NCBI GenBank assembly: GCA_963719315.1
Contig: CAVRBU010000002.1
Coordinates: 1,344,001-1,408,000, forward strand
Source of the DNA: an uncultured Planctomycetota bacterium
GTDB lineage: Bacteria; Planctomycetota; Planctomycetia; Pirellulales; Lacipirellulaceae
Reading direction: 5' to 3'
DNA length: 64,000 nucleotides
Shown here: positions 49,954 to 58,897 of the stretch, piece by piece
Position numbering within the stretch: position 1 is the stretch's first letter
How the letters are laid out: every line of letters starts with the position of its first letter
Made by a program: the position numbers and the translations under genes
Notes under the pieces: model-generated
The model's input: only the letters and a program-made list of their open reading frames with translations
The model's database searches: none
Told to the model about the DNA's origin: nothing

Positions 49954-50002
49954 CTGGTCGTCTCACAAAATCAAAGTGTCTTGTTTGTCTCATTGGGTGG
50001 CT

Positions 50003-50064
50003 AAGGTGTCAGATGTCGGGTGTCCGTGCGATCACGACACCTGACACCTGACACCTGACACCTT
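50003..50064. repeat. Palindromic element of GACACCT heptamers
   Basis: AAGGTGTCAGATGTCGGGTGTC-N11-(GACACCT)x4-T. Confidence 0.88.
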
Positions 50065-50066
50065 CC

Positions 50067-50822
50067 CTACGCCTGCAACACGCGGCTAATCAGCGTTCCT
50101 AGCACCGAATCCTGATTCTGAATCATCCGGGTGTTCGCTTCGAACGCCCGAGTTGTTTCGATCATCGCCATCATCTGTCGTACGGGATTCGCGCCAGAAA
50201 CTTCCAGAAAGCCTTGCCGTACATTGCGCTCTTTGAGTTCAAGTGGCTTCGTCGCGCCCGTCGGCTGCCACAGGTTGTTGCCAACTTTTACAAGCCCATT
50301 GAGCGAATCCGGTTGCGACATCCCCAGGGCGTACACCGTGCCCGCCTGATTGATGAACCCGTCTTGCGAAACCGAAAACGGCACGTTCTGCAAGAGTGTG
50401 ATTTCGCTCCCCTGCTGGTCGAGCACGGGGCGATGCCCGTTTTGCGTCACCAACTTGCCTTGCGAATTGAGTTCGAACGCGCCGGCTCGCGATAGATATT
50501 GTTGCCCGTCGTCGCCGCGAACGTGGAAGAATCCCTGACCGTCAATTGCAATGTCGAGATCGTTGCCGGTGTGCTTCAACTCGCCGGGTGAGAAGTCCGT
50601 CTGCACGTCGATGATCTTCACGCCGCCGCCAAGATCGTTGATCGAGCCGTCGCCGGCCTGGGCCTGACCTTTTTGAATCGCCTCGGCGAACCGCGCTTGG
50701 AACATCGGCACGTCCTGCTTGAAGCCGGCCGTATCCACGTTCGCCATATTATTGGCGATCACTTCCAAACGCTGAGCCTGGGCAGCGGCGCCCTCGGCCG
50801 AGATGTACATTCCGTACGGCAT
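50067..50822 (-). CDS. flgF: Flagellar proximal basal-body rod protein
   Basis: 'IANNMANVDTAGFK', 'TDFSPGEL..TGNDLDIAI', 'GFLEVSGAN...RAFEAN'; precedes flgG. Confidence 0.85.
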   Translation of the reverse strand: MPYGMYISAEGAAAQAQRLEVIANNMANVDTAGFKQDVPMFQARFAEAIQKGQAQAGDGSINDLGGGVKIIDVQTDFSPGELKHTGNDLDIAIDGQGFFHVRGDDGQQYLSRAGAFELNSQGKLVTQNGHRPVLDQQGSEITLLQNVPFSVSQDGFINQAGTVYALGMSQPDSLNGLVKVGNNLWQPTGATKPLELKERNVRQGFLEVSGANPVRQMMAMIETTRAFEANTRMIQNQDSVLGTLISRVLQA

Positions 50823-50871
50823 GGGAGACGAGCGATTCGCAGGTGCGCCCCCCTGCGTGTTCCGACGCTAA

Positions 50872-50888
50872 AGCAACGCCCGTGCCGA
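50872..50888 (-). promoter_or_regulatory. Sigma54 (-24/-12) promoter of the flgF operon
   Basis: Minus strand TCGGCAC-GGGCG-TTGCT, 50 bp upstream of the flgF ATG. Confidence 0.8.
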
Positions 50889-50999
50889 ACAGGCAAAAGA
50901 AAGGCAACTCGCAACGCAAGTCGTTACGCCGCCGCCCACTAGCGAAGTGATGCAACGTTCGATCAACGAAACGCTAGCGATGAAGCCCGCCCCCAAACC

Positions 51000-51045
51000 C
51001 GGCGAAGATTGCCGCTCGCCCGATTGCTACCGGCAAATTCTGCGC
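51000..51045. promoter_or_regulatory. Putative tandem enhancer (bEBP) sites for the sigma54 flagellar promoter
   Basis: CGGCGAAGATTGCCG and CGGCAAATTCTGCGC, 31 bp apart, about 110-160 bp upstream of the -24 box. Confidence 0.5.
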
Positions 51046-51166
51046 GAGCCGCCTCAGCGATAGGTGCCATGCCCTCGCCGCTCTGGGCGTGGGCATGCTG
51101 TCGCAAAGTTCAAACCGGCGCCAACATGCTTACCCGCTGCTGCGCGAGAGCATGCCACGCTAACTC

Positions 51167-51562
51167 TTACCCGTACCCCAATTCGCGTAAGTCCCGCTCC
51201 GTCAGGCCCACATGATGCCCGTACTCATGCAGAATCGTCCGCCGAATCTGGTTTCGAAGCTCCGCCCGATCAAACCCGCCATCCCGTGCCCGCGACTTGC
51301 TGAGAATCCCCAGCCGATAGATGTTCACAACGTCCGACGGCACGCCCCAGTTGTCCACACTCCGCTTGATTAGTGGGATGCCGGTATACAGACCATATAA
51401 ATGCGCGGGGTGCCGAATACGCATCTTCTGCATGACCTCGCGTGACGGATAGTCTTCGACCACCAGGGGCACATCCTTCATGAAGTCGAGCACAACCTTT
51501 GGTAGCTCCGCCAGCACCAATTCCACCTGTTCGTCAAACAACTGGCGAAGTTCAGTATTCAT
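51167..51562 (-). CDS. Zincin-like minimal metallopeptidase (Zincin_1/DUF1025)
   Basis: 'LYGLYTGIPL', 'IYR', 'TILHEYGHHVGL'. Confidence 0.9.
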   Translation of the reverse strand: MNTELRQLFDEQVELVLAELPKVVLDFMKDVPLVVEDYPSREVMQKMRIRHPAHLYGLYTGIPLIKRSVDNWGVPSDVVNIYRLGILSKSRARDGGFDRAELRNQIRRTILHEYGHHVGLTERDLRELGYG

Positions 51563-52563
51563 GTCTCACCTCGATTACGAATCCCCGCAATTAGCTCGCC
51601 CGCGCCCTGCGTGATCAGAGCCTCAGCCACTCGTCTCCCCAACGCAACCGCCTCGCTAGGCTCACTCGAATCACTCGCCGCCAACCGGTGGGTTCCATCC
51701 GCGCTCAGCACCACTGCTTGCAAGTGTAACCGCCCCGATTCGACCAACCCCAACGCGCCCACCGGCGCCATACAACCACCGCGCAATTGCTCAAGCAACA
51801 CCCGCTCCGCAGTCACGGCCGCCCTAGTTGCAGCGTCATTCAGCAGCCCCAGAACCTGCAATGTATCATCGTCATCCGCGCGACATTCAATTCCAAGCGC
51901 TCCCTGCCCCACCGCTGGCAACATCACTTCGAACGGCAGTACCTGCGAAATGCGGTCCGCCAACCCCAACCGCTGCAGCCCGGCCTGTGCCAGCACGATC
52001 GCATCGAACTGCCCGTCATCCAACTTCCGCAACCGCGTCTCGACGTTCCCTCGGACCTCTCTAACTTGTAAATCAGGCCGCAAATGAAGCAACTGCGCCT
52101 GCCGTCGCAAGCTCCCAGTACCAACACGTGCACTCGGCGGCAAACTATTCAGCACAGCATGACTGGAATGATGGGCCAGAATAGTCGATTCCCTCTCCCG
52201 ACCCTCGACCCTCGACCCTCGGCCCTCGACCAGCACATCCGCCGCGCTTTCCCGCTTCGGCACCGCCGCCAACACCAGCCCCGCGATGGGCTCCGTCGGC
52301 AAATCCTTAAGGCTGTGCACCGCCAGATCGACTTCGCCCGAAACGAGCGCCTGCTGAATCGCTTTCGTGAACACGCCGAGAGTGCCGATTTCTTCGATGG
52401 GCCGGGCACGCTCTACGTCGCCATGCGTGGCGATCTCGATGAGTTCGACCCCGTGCCCCAACCGCCGTAGTTCGCCGGCAACCCAATCCGCCTGCCATCG
52501 TGCAAGTTGGCTGCCTCGCGTTCCCAAGCGCAGCGTTCGCGGTTGTGTAGCCGGCTTAGCCAT
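51559..52563 (-). CDS. hemC: Hydroxymethylbilane synthase (porphobilinogen deaminase) with a repeat-derived loop insertion
   Basis: 'GTRGSQLARWQ', 'GVFTK', 'AVHSLKDLP', 'VGTGSLRR', 'RGNVETRLRKL', 'LPAVGQGALG', 'GGCMAP'. Confidence 0.97.
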   Translation of the reverse strand: MAKPATQPRTLRLGTRGSQLARWQADWVAGELRRLGHGVELIEIATHGDVERARPIEEIGTLGVFTKAIQQALVSGEVDLAVHSLKDLPTEPIAGLVLAAVPKRESAADVLVEGRGSRVEGRERESTILAHHSSHAVLNSLPPSARVGTGSLRRQAQLLHLRPDLQVREVRGNVETRLRKLDDGQFDAIVLAQAGLQRLGLADRISQVLPFEVMLPAVGQGALGIECRADDDDTLQVLGLLNDAATRAAVTAERVLLEQLRGGCMAPVGALGLVESGRLHLQAVVLSADGTHRLAASDSSEPSEAVALGRRVAEALITQGAGELIAGIRNRGET

Positions 52564-53560
52564 TTCGGTCTGCCGCCGAAAGCTGCAATCGCTGCCCGTG
52601 TGGCGTCACGCCTTCCAACGGCGTACCGTTTCCGGGCGACGGCGGAATCACGACGCCGCAACTGATGACAAATTGAATTGCTTGATCGACCGAAATGCTG
52701 AGCTCGATCGTCTCGCTCTTCTTAACTGTAATGGCAAATCCTGTGAACGGCATCGGTGAATGTGGCACGAACGCCGAGACCACGGGCTCATCGACGGTGC
52801 TCTGAATGTCGTGCATCGCCTCGCCGGTGACAAATCCCAACGTCCAAATGCCGCGGCGCGGGTACTCGACGGCCACCACCCGCGTATATTGGATCTCCGG
52901 TTCACTGAACAAAAAGTCGGTCACCTGCTTGATCGACGAATACACGTTGCTGACTAGCGGCACGCGATGGATCAGCCGCTCCAATTGATTCCAGAAAAAT
53001 CGCCCGATGCCGGCCGCCAGAAACTTACCGAGCAAATACAACACCAGCAGGAACAGGCACAAGAAGATGGGCACCAAAAACCGCTGTGGCAACCAACGGT
53101 GATCCACATACCAGCGATAAATAGTTTTCGCCGACGTCGGCATCGGGTCGCGGCCCACTCCCACGCGCACCGCATCGAACACGTGGAGCGGCACGAATTT
53201 GCCATCCTCCGTGCGACGATAGACTTCTTCGCCAATCGTTACCGTGCCCTTGGACGAGACCGGAAGTTGTTCGCCGTCAATGACGACCATGTCCGCGGCA
53301 TCGGCTGAGTTCTCCGGCTCGTTCGGCGTGCGAATATCGGCAAAATGCTCCACGGCAATCGAACGCGCCGCATTCTCCAACGGAGTCAACAGATACTCGC
53401 CGATCGTGTGACCAACCCACAAGAAGATCACGATCGTCAGCAGCGGCGGCAACAAAATGCCCAGCCCGCGCAGCACCGCCCGCCGAAACGGACCAAGCCG
53501 CTTCGGGGCGTTGAATTCATCCAATCTTTCTTTCATCACGTCCACAGGTCGTTCTTCCAC
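52556..53560 (-). CDS. DUF502 family membrane protein
   Basis: 'GLGILLPPLLT', 'RVPLVSNVYSSIKQ', 'VVAVEYPRRG...GFVTG', 'FVPHSPMPFTG', 'ISCG'; start uncertain. Confidence 0.88.
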   Translation of the reverse strand: MEERPVDVMKERLDEFNAPKRLGPFRRAVLRGLGILLPPLLTIVIFLWVGHTIGEYLLTPLENAARSIAVEHFADIRTPNEPENSADAADMVVIDGEQLPVSSKGTVTIGEEVYRRTEDGKFVPLHVFDAVRVGVGRDPMPTSAKTIYRWYVDHRWLPQRFLVPIFLCLFLLVLYLLGKFLAAGIGRFFWNQLERLIHRVPLVSNVYSSIKQVTDFLFSEPEIQYTRVVAVEYPRRGIWTLGFVTGEAMHDIQSTVDEPVVSAFVPHSPMPFTGFAITVKKSETIELSISVDQAIQFVISCGVVIPPSPGNGTPLEGVTPHGQRLQLSAADRNG

Positions 53561-53616
53561 TACTCAAGCAGTAAATCGCATCCGTTAAATGGCCATGGTT
53601 TTCATACGTGACAAAA

Positions 53617-54498
53617 TCACCCCAACGCCCGCGCCGCCACGACGACCGTCACGCGGGTCGCTCCGGCCGCTCGCAGCGCCCGAGCCGCTTCGCTGCACGT
53701 TGCGCCAGTCGTTAGGATATCGTCACACAATAGCACGTGGGCGTCCCTTAAATGATAGCCCGCTCGAACGGCAAAGGCGTTACGCACATTTTCCCAGCGT
53801 TTTGGCGGATTCAGGTCAAATTGCCGCAAAGTAGAGCGCGTTCGCCGCAAGAGACCGTCGGCCCGGGGCAGGCCCAACTTGCAGGACAGCACCTCCGCCA
53901 ACAGCGCCGCCGAGTTCGTGCGATGCGCCACTCGCCGCCGCCAATGAAGCGGAATCGGCGCGACGACATCCGCTTTCAGCGCTGCCAAGCGATCACCGCG
54001 GATCTTCCAGATCAACCGCCCCATCGCGAGCGACAACGCATCCCCCTCCGCCTGCTTCATCCGCAATAGCAACTCCTTCATTCGGCCCCCGTACAACCCA
54101 AGCGCCACTGTCGAATCAAACCAAATCTTCCGCCCGCGACAGCGATAACAACCGGGCACTTTCTTCACCGGCTTCAGCGCACCAACATCTACAGGGGACT
54201 TGAATGGCAACGGCGCGCCGCACTGCTCACACATCGGTTCCGCAAGGAACTCCATCTGCTCCAAGCAATCGTCGCAAATCGCGACATCGCTCGCCGCTGC
54301 TCGACCGTTGCCCAGCTCCGCATCGCAACTCAAGCAACTCGGCGGGAACACCAAGTTCGCCATCCCGCGTTGCAGAAATCTTGCCCCGCCCGAAATATCG
54401 AAGTGCGCCGGCAACCGCGCCGCCTCCGCCGCGCCACGTTTCAGCAGTCGCCAACTTGCTGGAAGCACCGATTTCATGGGGCGAGTCATTCCATTCAC
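53617..54498 (-). CDS. comF: ComF family protein (double zinc ribbon plus PRTase)
   Basis: 'LVFPPSCLSC', CxxC pairs, 'PIPLHWRR', 'VLLCDDILTTGAT'; start uncertain. Confidence 0.9.
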   Translation of the reverse strand: MNGMTRPMKSVLPASWRLLKRGAAEAARLPAHFDISGGARFLQRGMANLVFPPSCLSCDAELGNGRAAASDVAICDDCLEQMEFLAEPMCEQCGAPLPFKSPVDVGALKPVKKVPGCYRCRGRKIWFDSTVALGLYGGRMKELLLRMKQAEGDALSLAMGRLIWKIRGDRLAALKADVVAPIPLHWRRRVAHRTNSAALLAEVLSCKLGLPRADGLLRRTRSTLRQFDLNPPKRWENVRNAFAVRAGYHLRDAHVLLCDDILTTGATCSEAARALRAAGATRVTVVVAARALG

Positions 54499-54640
54499 CG
54501 AGACCGTATTCCACCACTGCTAGCAGCCGCCGATTATATCAGCCAGCCCATCCGTATTGACCCCCACTCCGCCGCTAAACTACGCTCCCGTTCAAATCTC
54601 CCCGCCCCCCGCATCCTGAATCCCGTATCCTCACCGAACC

Positions 54641-55780
54641 ATGCCCACCATCATCGATCGCTACATGCTGCGACAGTTCATTCAGGTGCTGGTGATCTGC
54701 CTTATGAGCCTCATCGGGCTCTACATCGTGATCGATGCCTTCGGCCACCTCGACCACTTCGTCGATTACGCGGGCAAGCACGGCAACCTGCTCAAGATCA
54801 TGGGCGTCTACTATGCATATCGTGCAATTGCATTTTTCGATCGTACCAGCGGTACGCTCACGCTGATTGCAGTCATGTTCACGATCACCTGGATCCAGCG
54901 CCACCACGAAATGACGGCCCTCCTCGCGGCCGGCATTTCTCGGCTCCGCGTGCTGCGACCGGTGCTGCTCGCAGCCGTTGGCGTCAGCTTGTTGGCAGCC
55001 GCTAATCGCGAGATCGTGATGCCGAACATCCGCGAGCACCTCGCCACCGATTCCAAAAACCTCGGCGGCGAACAAGCGTCGCTTATGCAGTCGCGGTTCG
55101 ACAGCCAGACCGACATCTTGCTCGGCGGCGAGAAAATCGTTCCCGCCGGCCAGAAAATCGTGAACCCCAGCTTCGTGCTGCCGCGACAATTCGATCGGTA
55201 CGGAAAACAGCTCAACGCCAAGGAGGCCGTCTTCCTGCCGGCAAAAGGCGACCTGCCCAGCGGCTACTTGCTCTCTGCTGTGACGACCCCCAAAGCGCTC
55301 CTCAAAAACCCGCCGTTGTTGATGACCGACGGCAAGCCCATCATCTACACGCCGGTCGGCAGCGATTGGCTGCTACCCGATCAGATCTTCGTCGCCAGCG
55401 GAGTGTCGTTCGAGTTCCTCGCCGCCGGGGCCACGTGGCGCGATTTCGCCTCGACCCACGAAATGATCGAGCAACTTCGCAGCCCCAGCACCGACCTCGG
55501 CGCCGATGTCCGAGTAGCTATCCACGGCCGCTTTCTTCAGCCTTTTCTCGACACCACGCTGCTCTTTCTCGGCTTGCCGTTCGTCGTCACGCGCACGAAC
55601 CGCAATCCGTTCATCTCAATCGGCCTATGCCTGGCAATCGTTACCGTGTTCATGATCTCCGAGCTCGGATGCCAATCGCTCGGCTCCGGCGGCTGGCTCA
55701 ACCCGCCACTCGCCGCCTGGCTCCCGCTCCTGATCTTCGCCCCTGTCGCCGTCTTCGCCAGCGACTCGCTACGAAAATAA
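54641..55780 (+). CDS. LptF/LptG family LPS export permease
   Basis: 'IIDRYMLRQF', 'HEMTALLAAGIS..RVLRP', C-terminal 'PPLAAWLP'. Confidence 0.9.
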   Translation: MPTIIDRYMLRQFIQVLVICLMSLIGLYIVIDAFGHLDHFVDYAGKHGNLLKIMGVYYAYRAIAFFDRTSGTLTLIAVMFTITWIQRHHEMTALLAAGISRLRVLRPVLLAAVGVSLLAAANREIVMPNIREHLATDSKNLGGEQASLMQSRFDSQTDILLGGEKIVPAGQKIVNPSFVLPRQFDRYGKQLNAKEAVFLPAKGDLPSGYLLSAVTTPKALLKNPPLLMTDGKPIIYTPVGSDWLLPDQIFVASGVSFEFLAAGATWRDFASTHEMIEQLRSPSTDLGADVRVAIHGRFLQPFLDTTLLFLGLPFVVTRTNRNPFISIGLCLAIVTVFMISELGCQSLGSGGWLNPPLAAWLPLLIFAPVAVFASDSLRK

Positions 55781-55848
55781 TTCTTGACGAATGGCCGGAT
55801 TGCAGCCCGCCTAGCGAGCCAGGGACGGCAATCACGCAACCTAAAATC

Positions 55849-55865
55849 ACGGCACAATCCTTGCT
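55849..55865 (+). promoter_or_regulatory. Sigma54-type -24/-12 motif with no sense gene directly downstream
   Basis: ACGGCAC-AATCC-TTGCT in the gap between convergent genes. Confidence 0.4.
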
Positions 55866-55906
55866 TGCGCTGCGGGCTCCAATCACGTTTTACTGAAAAG
55901 TTCACG

Positions 55907-56791
55907 TCACACCTTCGTCGCCGATTTCCCCTGTTCCTGTCGCTCCTCACCAACCACGCGCACGTATTCCGCCCCAAACAATAGAACGAGCGCCACATAG
56001 TATGCCCACAACATCACCGCAATGAACGACCCAATGATCCCATACGCACTCGGATAATTGAGGTGTAGCAAATAAGCCGCCAGCGCTTGTCGCCCAATCT
56101 CCCACAACAGAGCCGCCAGTAACCCGCCGCGAAACGCGTCCCACCAGCGAATCGCGGTCTTCGGCACCACGCGATAGATCATCGTGAATGCAATCCAGTT
56201 CAGTAACAAGTTGATCCACAAACTCGTCCCCCAGCGCAACCACGGCCCCAACTCGATCCGCGGCTCCAAGGCGCGTTCGATCCCCGACCACACCATCGAC
56301 GTAATCATCACCAGCACAATGAATCCGCCCACGCCCACCAGCATGCCAAGCGCTTTCAAGCGTTGATACACTAGTTGCACTACCCAGGTCTTCCACGTCG
56401 AATGGGGATCCCTCGGCAACCGCCAGATGTGGTCAAACGCCGTGTCGAGTTGGGCAAAAATCAGGATGGCCGAGGCGATTAGCGCCACGAAGCCAATCGG
56501 CCCACTCGCCGGTGCCCGCTCCTTCACCGTATTGAGCATCCGTTCCACTTGCTGCGCTAGGTCTGGCGATGCTTGTTTCGCGATCGTCTCCAACAATTGA
56601 TGTTGGGCTTCCCGCCCAACTTGCGTCCAGGCGAGCACTGTTCCCAGCCCGGCCACCAGCACCAACAGCAGTGGGAAAAACGACAGGGCCACGTAATACG
56701 CAATCCCAGCCGCCGACAACACGCCCTCATGCGCTTGAAAGCCCAAGTGTGTAAGCCATAGCCTCCGGCCAAGTTTTCGCGGAAGAATCAT
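55907..56791 (-). CDS. YihY/virulence factor BrkB family membrane protein
   Basis: 'AAGIAYYVALSFFPLL', 'AFDHIW', 'YRVVP', 'AYGIIGS...LW.YY...LLFGAE'. Confidence 0.92.
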   Translation of the reverse strand: MILPRKLGRRLWLTHLGFQAHEGVLSAAGIAYYVALSFFPLLLVLVAGLGTVLAWTQVGREAQHQLLETIAKQASPDLAQQVERMLNTVKERAPASGPIGFVALIASAILIFAQLDTAFDHIWRLPRDPHSTWKTWVVQLVYQRLKALGMLVGVGGFIVLVMITSMVWSGIERALEPRIELGPWLRWGTSLWINLLLNWIAFTMIYRVVPKTAIRWWDAFRGGLLAALLWEIGRQALAAYLLHLNYPSAYGIIGSFIAVMLWAYYVALVLLFGAEYVRVVGEERQEQGKSATKV

Positions 56792-56795
56792 GCTG

Positions 56796-56873
56796 GTAGT
56801 CCGTTGTCAGTGGTCCATTGTCCGTTGTAAGCTTAATAGCGTCTTTGCTCAACGAACAACGGACCACGGACTA
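56796..56873. repeat. Palindromic heptamer element, same family as 32529-32621
   Basis: GTAGTCCGTTGTCAGTGGTCCATTGTCCGTTG ... CAACGGACCACGGACTA. Confidence 0.8.
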
Positions 56874-56880
56874 ACCTGCC

Positions 56881-57315
56881 ATGAAAACCGCCACGATCAA
56901 AACCAAGCACGGCGACATCCGCCTCAAACTCCACGACGACAAAGCCCCCAAGACCGTCGCCAACTTTGAGAAGCTCGCCAAAGACGGCTTTTACGACGGC
57001 CTGACTTTCCACCGCGTCATCGAAGACTTCATGATTCAAGCCGGCTGCCCCAAAGGCACCGGCACCGGCGGCCCCGGCTACAACTTCGCCGACGAGTTCC
57101 ACAAAGACCTCAGACACACCGGCCCCGGCGTTCTCTCGATGGCCAACTCCGGCCCGAACTCGAACGGATCCCAGTTCTTCATCACGCACGTCGCCACCCC
57201 CTGGCTCGACAACAAGCACTCAATCTTCGGCCAGGTCATCGAAGACTCCCAAAAAGTAGTCAACGCCGTCAAGCAAGGCGACAAAATGGAAAAGGTCACT
57301 GTGCAAGATGAATAG
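56881..57315 (+). CDS. Cyclophilin-type peptidyl-prolyl cis-trans isomerase
   Basis: 'APKTVANF', '[19 protein letters not shown]', '[18 protein letters not shown]', '[10 protein letters not shown]'. Confidence 0.97.
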   Translation: MKTATIKTKHGDIRLKLHDDKAPKTVANFEKLAKDGFYDGLTFHRVIEDFMIQAGCPKGTGTGGPGYNFADEFHKDLRHTGPGVLSMANSGPNSNGSQFFITHVATPWLDNKHSIFGQVIEDSQKVVNAVKQGDKMEKVTVQDE

Positions 57316-57337
57316 TTAATGAGTAATGATCTCACGC

Positions 57338-58663
57338 CAGTAGTGTCCCAACGTTAGTCGAATAGCGACAACTGGTTAGGAGAATGGGGTAGTAGGATTT
57401 TGTAGTTGGATTGCGAAAACAGCTCGACCAAGGGGGTTTTCTCGAAAATCGAGACGCTGAGAATCTGTAGAATTGTGTAAAGCGACATTTCGATGCCGAG
57501 GCGTTTTTTGGCGATGGCCACGAGCAAGTAGACCGAAACGGCGATCCAGATTTGAGCCTTCACGGCGTTCTGGTTCGTGCCATAGAACGACTTGATCCGC
57601 AGGTGTTGTTTGATCCATTTGAAAACCAACTCGATCTGCCAACGGGACTTGTACAGCGCCGCGATCGTCGTCGCCGGCAACTCGAAGTCGTTGGTCAGAA
57701 ACACCAGACGCTTGCCGAGCGACTGGTCGTAGTAACGAATGCGACGCAACGGTTCGGGGTACCCTTGAAAAGAGTAAAACGTTTCCAAGACCACCGTCTG
57801 GTCGCACTGCACGCCAGTCGTTCTGTCGACCTCCCGGGAGTAACGTCGCTGAAACGTAAAATTCTTCTTGGCTCGGGTGACGAAATACGCTTTCGCTTGG
57901 TGAAGTTGGTACAGACGAGCAAAGTCGAGATACCCGCGGTCCATGACGTAGTATGCGCCTGGTGATGGAACCAGGTAATCCAATACGTTCACATCGTGCA
58001 GTTTTCCGTCGGAAATCAGGATAAATTCGGGGATGTTGCCATGAAGATTGAGCAGCGTGTGCAGTTTGACGGCCCCCTTGGTCCGGCGAAACCGGGCCCA
58101 AGGGAACAGCGACAGGCACAAGTCGATCGTGGAGGCGTCGAGCGCGTAGACGGTGGCATCCAAGTCGATGCCCAAGTCTTCCGCGGCGTACAGCGCGCGG
58201 GCTTCTCCGATCAGAATCTGAGCGAAGTCGGCGTAGATCCGCCAGTCGCGCACTCGATTCGCGTTCGACAGATTGTTCCGCGAGACGCCGCCGCGAATCC
58301 CCCTGTGATACCACTTGGTCTGCACGGCCCGCAGACAGGTTTCGACATCGCGCAAGCTTTCCCGGTAGGTAAGTTGCGCGAAGGCCATCACCCGCAGATG
58401 TTCGCCGCAGGGAAACGTTTTGATCTTGTGATCGCCGTCGTAGCGACGGACGCACGTCTCGAAACGGTCGCCACGGAACAAAGTCCATCAACTGCGAGAA
58501 CACCAACTTGCCTGCGTGCATAGACCGATTCCCCTCCGAAATCCCGGAAATCGGAAATTATCGGCCAAGGCAATTTCAAATCGAAGCAGGTCATGGTCTT
58601 CCGTAAACTAGAAACAATTAACAACTTACAATCAAACCACGAGAAAACGTTGGGACACTACTG
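57338..58663 (-). mobile_element. IS4-family insertion sequence, 1,326 bp
   Basis: Perfect 18-bp terminal IRs CAGTAGTGTCCCAACGTT (57338-57355 and 58646-58663), flanked by the 9-bp direct repeat ATCTCACGC (57329-57337 and 58664-58672). Confidence 0.96.
57354..58521 (-). CDS. IS4-family DDE transposase (DUF4372 + DDE_Tnp_1 type), frameshift near 58470
   Basis: N-terminus MHAGKLVFSQLMDF is in one frame; 'DASTIDL', 'KLHT', 'MDRGY', 'LYKSRWQIELVFKWIKQHL' are in another. Confidence 0.92.
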
Positions 58664-58665
58664 AT

Positions 58666-58826
58666 CTCACGCTGGGGCGCAGAGGCAGCGCAGTAAAGCG
58701 ATTGACCACGACGGCACGAGAATCGCGATGAAAGCGTTCGGAATGCAAGCTTTTCCAAGTATTCTTCGTATCCGTCGTGTCGTCGTGGCTAAAAAACCTC
58801 CGCGCCCCTGCGCCTCTGCGCGAAAC
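58666..58826. repeat. Nested palindromic repeat elements (CGCAGAGGCG-type outside, CACGACGGCA-type inside)
   Basis: Outer GGGGCGCAGAGGCAGCGCAG ... CTCCGCGCCCCTGCGCCTCTGCGCG; inner CCACGACGGCACGA ... TCGTGTCGTCGTGG. Confidence 0.7.
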
Positions 58827-58897
58827 TTCCGACCATTCCATTTATCGCGCTCCTTTGTGCCTCTACGTGGCAAACTGGTTCGATCGTCTCGGCACAA

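Noticed and set aside
57376..58521. 381-aa overlapping ORF as a second IS protein or programmed frameshift
   Set aside because: Only the first 16-18 residues are transposase-like and no slippery A-run or heptamer is present; a single-base insertion explains it.
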